Source: Succinivibrionaceae bacterium (GTDB lineage: Bacteria > Pseudomonadota > Gammaproteobacteria > Enterobacterales > Succinivibrionaceae). From it: a stretch of DNA of 64,000 nucleotides. The notes under the pieces were generated by a model that saw only the letters and a list, made by a program, of their open reading frames with translations, did not search any database and was not told where the DNA came from. Within the stretch, counting starts at the first letter, position 1, and every line of letters begins with the position of its first letter. The position numbers were made by a program, and so were the translations under genes. The stretch is taken from NCBI GenBank assembly GCA_017480795.1, contig JAFURY010000049.1, positions 2-64,001 of the forward strand, read 5' to 3'. Below, in pieces: positions 60,039 to 64,000 of this stretch.

Positions 60039-60963
60039 GGAACGCCTCCACGTCCAGGGCGGCGCGGCAGCCGGCGCCTGCGGCCACGATGGCCTGCTGA
60101 TAGCGGTGATCCGCCACGTCTCCCGCCGCGAAAATGCCGGTTACCGAGGTGGCGGTGGAAAAGCCGGTTTCCGGATGAAGTCTGATGTAGCCGCCGTCGG
60201 TCTCCACCAGATCCCCAAGGAAGCCGGTGTTGGGATCGTGGCCGATGGCCTCGAAAACGCCGTCGGCCGCTACCAGGCTTTCCTCCTGGGTCTTCAGATC
60301 CCGGATCCTCACTCCCTCAAGGACCTCCCGGCCTTCGAAGCTCAGGGGAACGCAGGAAAGATGCAGCCGGATTTTTCCGCTCTCCACCGCCTGATAGAGC
60401 TTGTCGGTCAGGATCTTCTCGCAGCGGAACTCGTCCCGACGGTGAATCAGGTGAGTCTGGGCGGCAAGATTGGAAAGATATAGCGCATCGGTCACCGCGG
60501 TGTTGCCGCCGCCGATGACCGCCACGGTCTTTTTGCGGAAGAAAAAGCCGTCGCAGGTGGCGCAGGCTGATATGCCGCCGCCTCTGAACCGATCCTCTCC
60601 GGGCAGTCCCAGGTATCTTGCGCTGGAGCCGGTGGCCACAATCACTGCCCTTGCGTTTATCACGCTGCCGTCGGTCAGAGCGATGGCAAAGCCGTCTTCG
60701 GCTCTGGCGACGCTTTCGACGTCGTCGCTGACGCATCTGACGCTGAACTTCTCCACATGCAGTCGCATGGATTCCATGAGATCAAGTCCCGACGGAAAAT
60801 CCGACGCTCCCGGCCAGTTTTCCACGCTTGAGCTCTGGGTCAGCTGTCCCCCCTGGGACAGGCCGGTGATGAGCACCGGATCAAGATTGGCTCTTGCCGT
60901 GTAAAGAGCCGCGGTGTAACCGGCGGGGCCGGATCCGATAACGGCAACATTGCTGATTTCCAT
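60019..60963 (-). CDS. trxB: Thioredoxin-disulfide reductase
   Basis: VAVIGSGPAGYTAALYTARA, redox-active CATCDG, VAVIGGGNTAV. Start moved to ATG 60963, which has AGGAAG upstream. Confidence 0.95.
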   Translation of the reverse strand: MEISNVAVIGSGPAGYTAALYTARANLDPVLITGLSQGGQLTQSSSVENWPGASDFPSGLDLMESMRLHVEKFSVRCVSDDVESVARAEDGFAIALTDGSVINARAVIVATGSSARYLGLPGEDRFRGGGISACATCDGFFFRKKTVAVIGGGNTAVTDALYLSNLAAQTHLIHRRDEFRCEKILTDKLYQAVESGKIRLHLSCVPLSFEGREVLEGVRIRDLKTQEESLVAADGVFEAIGHDPNTGFLGDLVETDGGYIRLHPETGFSTATSVTGIFAAGDVADHRYQQAIVAAGAGCRAALDVEAFLGGRTV

Positions 60964-61024
60964 TAAAGCTTCCTTATGTTTCAAAAACGCCCTCATGCCG
61001 CCAGGCGGTCTGAGAGCTCAAATC

Positions 61025-63430
61025 TCAGATACTGACCGAGGCATCGCCGTCCGAGGACGGATCGGATGGCGTTGCGACCCTGAGTTCTTCCCTGATTTCG
61101 CCCTCGGTCTTCTCTGGCGCCTCCTCCCGGGCCTCCGCGCCGGCGGAAACGGCGTCCACACTCATGTCCTCAGGCTCCGGTGCGGGATTTGACACATAGT
61201 CGAAGGTGAAGTCGCGGCCGTCGTAGCCGATGCTCACCCTGCCGCCGTAAAGCAGACTGCCGAAGAGGATCTCCCGGGCCAGCTCCTTGTGCACCAGATT
61301 GCGGATGGTGCGGCGCATCGGCCGGGCGCCCATGCTGCGGTCGTAGCCCCGGCGAACCAGCTCCCGCCGCGCCTCGTCGGAAATCTCCGCCTCCACGTTC
61401 TTTTCCTTCAGCTGGGTCATCAGTTCCTGCCAGAGCTTGTCGAAAACCATGTCCACCACCTCAGGGGACAGATTCTTGAACCAGACCACGGCATCAAGCC
61501 GGTTTCTGAATTCTGGAGAAAAGGCCTGACGGATGGCGGAGGTGGAATCGAAACTGGAGCTGCCGGCGGTAAAGCCGATGGAGCCGCGCTCGATCTCGCT
61601 GGCGCCGCAGTTGGTGGTCATCACCACGATGGTGTTGCGGAAGTTCACGGTGACGCCGATGGCATCGGTTATCATGCCGTTGTCCATGATCTGAAGCAGC
61701 ACGTTGTAGATGGAGGGATGCGCCTTCTCCAGCTCGTCGAACAGCACCACGGAGCGGGGAGCGTTCTTCACCTGATTGGTGAGAATGCCGCCCTCGTTGT
61801 AGCCCACATAGCCCGGAGGCGAGCCAAGCAGCTTGGACACGGTGAACTCGCTGGAATACTCCGACATGTCAAGCCGTATGAGCTTCATGTTCAGCAGGGA
61901 GGCCAGCTGCAGCACGATTTCCGTTTTGCCCACGCCGGTAGGTCCGGCAAAAAGGAAGCTGCCGATAGGCCGGGTGGCGTTGTCCAGTCCCGAGCGGTTC
62001 ATTATCACCGCGTCCACCACCGCCGACACCGCCTCGTCCTGACCGAAGATCCGCTTGAGAAGATTCTTTCTCAGATCGCGGTAGACCGCGGTGTCGTCCT
62101 CCTTGAGATCCACCGGGATCTTCAGAATTCTGGTAAAGGCCCGGGCCACGTCCTCGGCCGAGACGATATGCACGTCATGACTGCCGGCGGGACGGGAGAT
62201 CCTGAAAAAGGAGCCGATGTCGTCGATGACGTCGAACACCTTGTCCGGCAGAAACCGGTTGTACATGTACTTCTCGGACAGCTGGATGGTCTTTCTCAGC
62301 ACCGCATCCGGATAGCTGACGCCGTGGAACTTCTCGTACTGCTCCCGGCTGCGGGAGAGGATCTCGAAGGTCTCGTCCTCGGTGGGAGGGGTCAGATCCA
62401 GCTTGTGAAAGCGCCGCGCGAAGCCGGCGTCCCGGGAGAAAATCTTGTTGTAGTCCTTGAATGTGGTGGCGGCGATGCAGTGGAGATTGCCCCGGAGAAG
62501 GTCGGACTGGATCATGGAGGCGCCGGTGGCCGCATCCGAGGAATTGGTGGAAAACAGCTGCTGCACGTCGTCGATGAAAAGGATGTTGGTGTCCTTCTCC
62601 TGAATGAAGGCCACCACCGCCTTCAGGCGCTTCTCGTAGTCGCCGCGGAACTGGGTTCCCGAGATCACCCCGACGGTGTCCAGGGCGTAAACCGTGAAGT
62701 CCTTGAGAAATTCCGGAACCTTCTTGTGGACGATGTTCCAGGCCACGCCCTCGGCCAGGGCGGTCTTGCCCACTCCCGGCTCCCCCACGATGAGAACGTT
62801 GTTCTTCTTCTTCCGGCCCAGCACCTCGTAGATTCTGGCAAGGTCATCCTCCCTGCCCACCAGCTGCTCCACCTTCCCTTTCATCACCATGTCGTTGAGA
62901 TTGGTCAGGCAGTTTTCAAGGCCCTCGGGGATCGCGCTGCTTTCCGCGGAGGCTGGAGCTTCTCCGCCTGCCGGCGCGGCGCCGCTTTCGGCCGTTTTCC
63001 CGTGCAGGCGCTGGCAGTACTTGCGCACCGAGGCCCTGGCGATGTCCAGACTCTGGGTCAGAAGCAGGGAAACGAAGCTGTCCCGCTCGGGGAACATGGC
63101 GTCCAGCACGTCAAGCCCGTAGATCTGGGTGCGGTTGGAATACTGGGCCACGAACACCGCCCGTTCGAGAACCCGCTTGAAGGTTGGCGAAACGGTGGGC
63201 TTGCGGCCGCCGACGCTGCGGGGACTGTCGGAAAGAATGTGATCGGAGATGACGTCCATCACCGAATTCGGAGCGTAGCCCTCCTTCATCAGAAAGGCGC
63301 TGACCTCCTCGTCGGTTTCGATCAGAGCGTAAAGCAGATGATCCAGCGACACGATGCTGCTGCCGAACCTCACCTCCGCCAGTTCCTCGGCGCGGCTTAC
63401 CGCCTTCTGTAGCATTTCGCTTTCAATCAT
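61025..63430 (-). CDS. clpA: ATP-dependent Clp protease ATP-binding subunit ClpA
   Basis: Two AAA+ modules (GEPGVGKTA; GPTGVGKTE), N-domain repeats, ~45-aa acidic C-terminal extension. Overlaps the clpS stop. Confidence 0.95.
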   Translation of the reverse strand: MIESEMLQKAVSRAEELAEVRFGSSIVSLDHLLYALIETDEEVSAFLMKEGYAPNSVMDVISDHILSDSPRSVGGRKPTVSPTFKRVLERAVFVAQYSNRTQIYGLDVLDAMFPERDSFVSLLLTQSLDIARASVRKYCQRLHGKTAESGAAPAGGEAPASAESSAIPEGLENCLTNLNDMVMKGKVEQLVGREDDLARIYEVLGRKKKNNVLIVGEPGVGKTALAEGVAWNIVHKKVPEFLKDFTVYALDTVGVISGTQFRGDYEKRLKAVVAFIQEKDTNILFIDDVQQLFSTNSSDAATGASMIQSDLLRGNLHCIAATTFKDYNKIFSRDAGFARRFHKLDLTPPTEDETFEILSRSREQYEKFHGVSYPDAVLRKTIQLSEKYMYNRFLPDKVFDVIDDIGSFFRISRPAGSHDVHIVSAEDVARAFTRILKIPVDLKEDDTAVYRDLRKNLLKRIFGQDEAVSAVVDAVIMNRSGLDNATRPIGSFLFAGPTGVGKTEIVLQLASLLNMKLIRLDMSEYSSEFTVSKLLGSPPGYVGYNEGGILTNQVKNAPRSVVLFDELEKAHPSIYNVLLQIMDNGMITDAIGVTVNFRNTIVVMTTNCGASEIERGSIGFTAGSSSFDSTSAIRQAFSPEFRNRLDAVVWFKNLSPEVVDMVFDKLWQELMTQLKEKNVEAEISDEARRELVRRGYDRSMGARPMRRTIRNLVHKELAREILFGSLLYGGRVSIGYDGRDFTFDYVSNPAPEPEDMSVDAVSAGAEAREEAPEKTEGEIREELRVATPSDPSSDGDASVSI

Positions 63431-63743
63431 CGCCGATATCCTCCACCTTGCACACCAGCGGATAGCCGTTCTGTCTGGCTTTTGACACGGTTTCCTCCAC
63501 CTTCACCTCGGCCACCTCCCGGGAGTATCTCCCCACCTCGGCGCTGCCGGTGTGGTGAATCAAGTCCGTCAGCGCCGCGGCGGTAGGCTGATCCTTGTCG
63601 AAGATCTCCATCAGCACCCCGATGACGAAGTCAAAGGTGGTGACATCGTCGTTGTACATCACCACCGCATACTTCGGAACCTTTGGAGTCTTGATTTTTG
63701 TGGCCACGGCCACATCTGTCTGGTTTACGCTCATCACTCCCAT
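63423..63743 (-). CDS. clpS: ATP-dependent Clp protease adaptor ClpS
   Basis: KYAVVMYNDDVTTFDFVIGVLMEIF...AEVAEVKV...GYPLVCKVE. Start chosen at ATG 63743 (106 aa, GGAGG 11 nt upstream). The ORF is open to 63782, but that ATG lies inside a TATAAT box. Confidence 0.85.
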   Translation of the reverse strand: MGVMSVNQTDVAVATKIKTPKVPKYAVVMYNDDVTTFDFVIGVLMEIFDKDQPTAAALTDLIHHTGSAEVGRYSREVAEVKVEETVSKARQNGYPLVCKVEDIGDD

Positions 63744-63782
63744 GACTGACAATTCCTCCGGATAAACTTTTGCACGCCTCAT

Positions 63783-63801
63783 TATAGCGTTTTTATTATA
63801 C
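63783..63801 (-). promoter_or_regulatory. Putative clpS-clpA promoter -10 elements
   Basis: Two TATAAT hexamers on the minus strand (63801-63796 and 63788-63783), 40-58 nt upstream of the proposed clpS start. No convincing -35 was seen. Confidence 0.3.
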
Positions 63802-64000
63802 CCAATTTTTGCAGGACGGCTAAATTCCGCCCCGGCACGAATGGAAATCCGTACGCCCGTGGTTACTATTCACACCCCCGGGGACAGCCTCCCCGGATGG
63901 GCATAGCACCAGCCAATACACCTCACACGCAACAACCCTGTCTACTACCCTAAAATACCCAAAAAATGTGATACAAGGATCAAATTTGAAAAATAATTTG

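Noticed and set aside
54897-63430. Low-complexity P/A/S/G/D-rich linkers and tails in housekeeping proteins: the FtsK linker and the ClpA tail here, and also the CvpA and RNase D extensions elsewhere in the window.
   Set aside because: This appears to be a genome-wide compositional habit of the organism, and a long FtsK linker is normal. It is not a discrete feature. It matters only as context showing that the Pro-rich regions of the AEP-helicase are not unique to that gene.

Overview
All calls below come from reading the sequence and the ORF track and from remembered family motifs. No HMM or database search was run.

The window is a chromosomal segment of a GC-rich gammaproteobacterium. Gene order resembles Enterobacterales, but the proteins are strongly diverged. 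Most of it is housekeeping backbone on the minus strand:
- pgsA-uvrC-uvrY, ppiD, clpX-clpP-tig
- gmhB, a ybjD-like OLD nuclease, and the macA-macB-OMF efflux genes
- ycgL-minE-minD-minC, a cstA-family transporter, rnd-fadD
- purF-cvpA, serS, bcr, rarA-lolA-ftsK
- infA-aat-trxB-clpA-clpS

The accessory, conflict-type content sits mainly in the first 12 kb, around two tandem tRNA-Ser(UGA) genes:
- a 1433-aa primase-polymerase (AEP) / SF2 helicase / PLD-like fusion with proline-rich low-complexity inserts, divergent from a HAD-phosphatase-like gene
- a DinJ-YafQ toxin-antitoxin pair
- an XRE-HTH::DUF3990 gene abutting a DUF3791-like gene
- an AT-rich two-gene cassette: ABC-type ATPase plus DUF4276/TOPRIM-like protein

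I rate the ATPase+DUF4276 cassette and the AEP-helicase fusion as the best candidates for an uncharacterised defence or conflict system.

Other insertions and oddities:
- an RsrI/EcoRI-type R-M cassette, a leftover fragment of an older EcoRI-family nuclease gene, and a secreted 6x17-aa repeat protein lie where lon-hupB normally sit, between ppiD and clpX
- an orphan CesT-like chaperone and putative effector pair lies between tig and gmhB
- an orphan DinJ-like antitoxin lies next to ycgL
- six tandem ~135-bp non-coding units, each with a terminator-like hairpin, follow cstA
- an isolated, cysteine-containing flagellin gene
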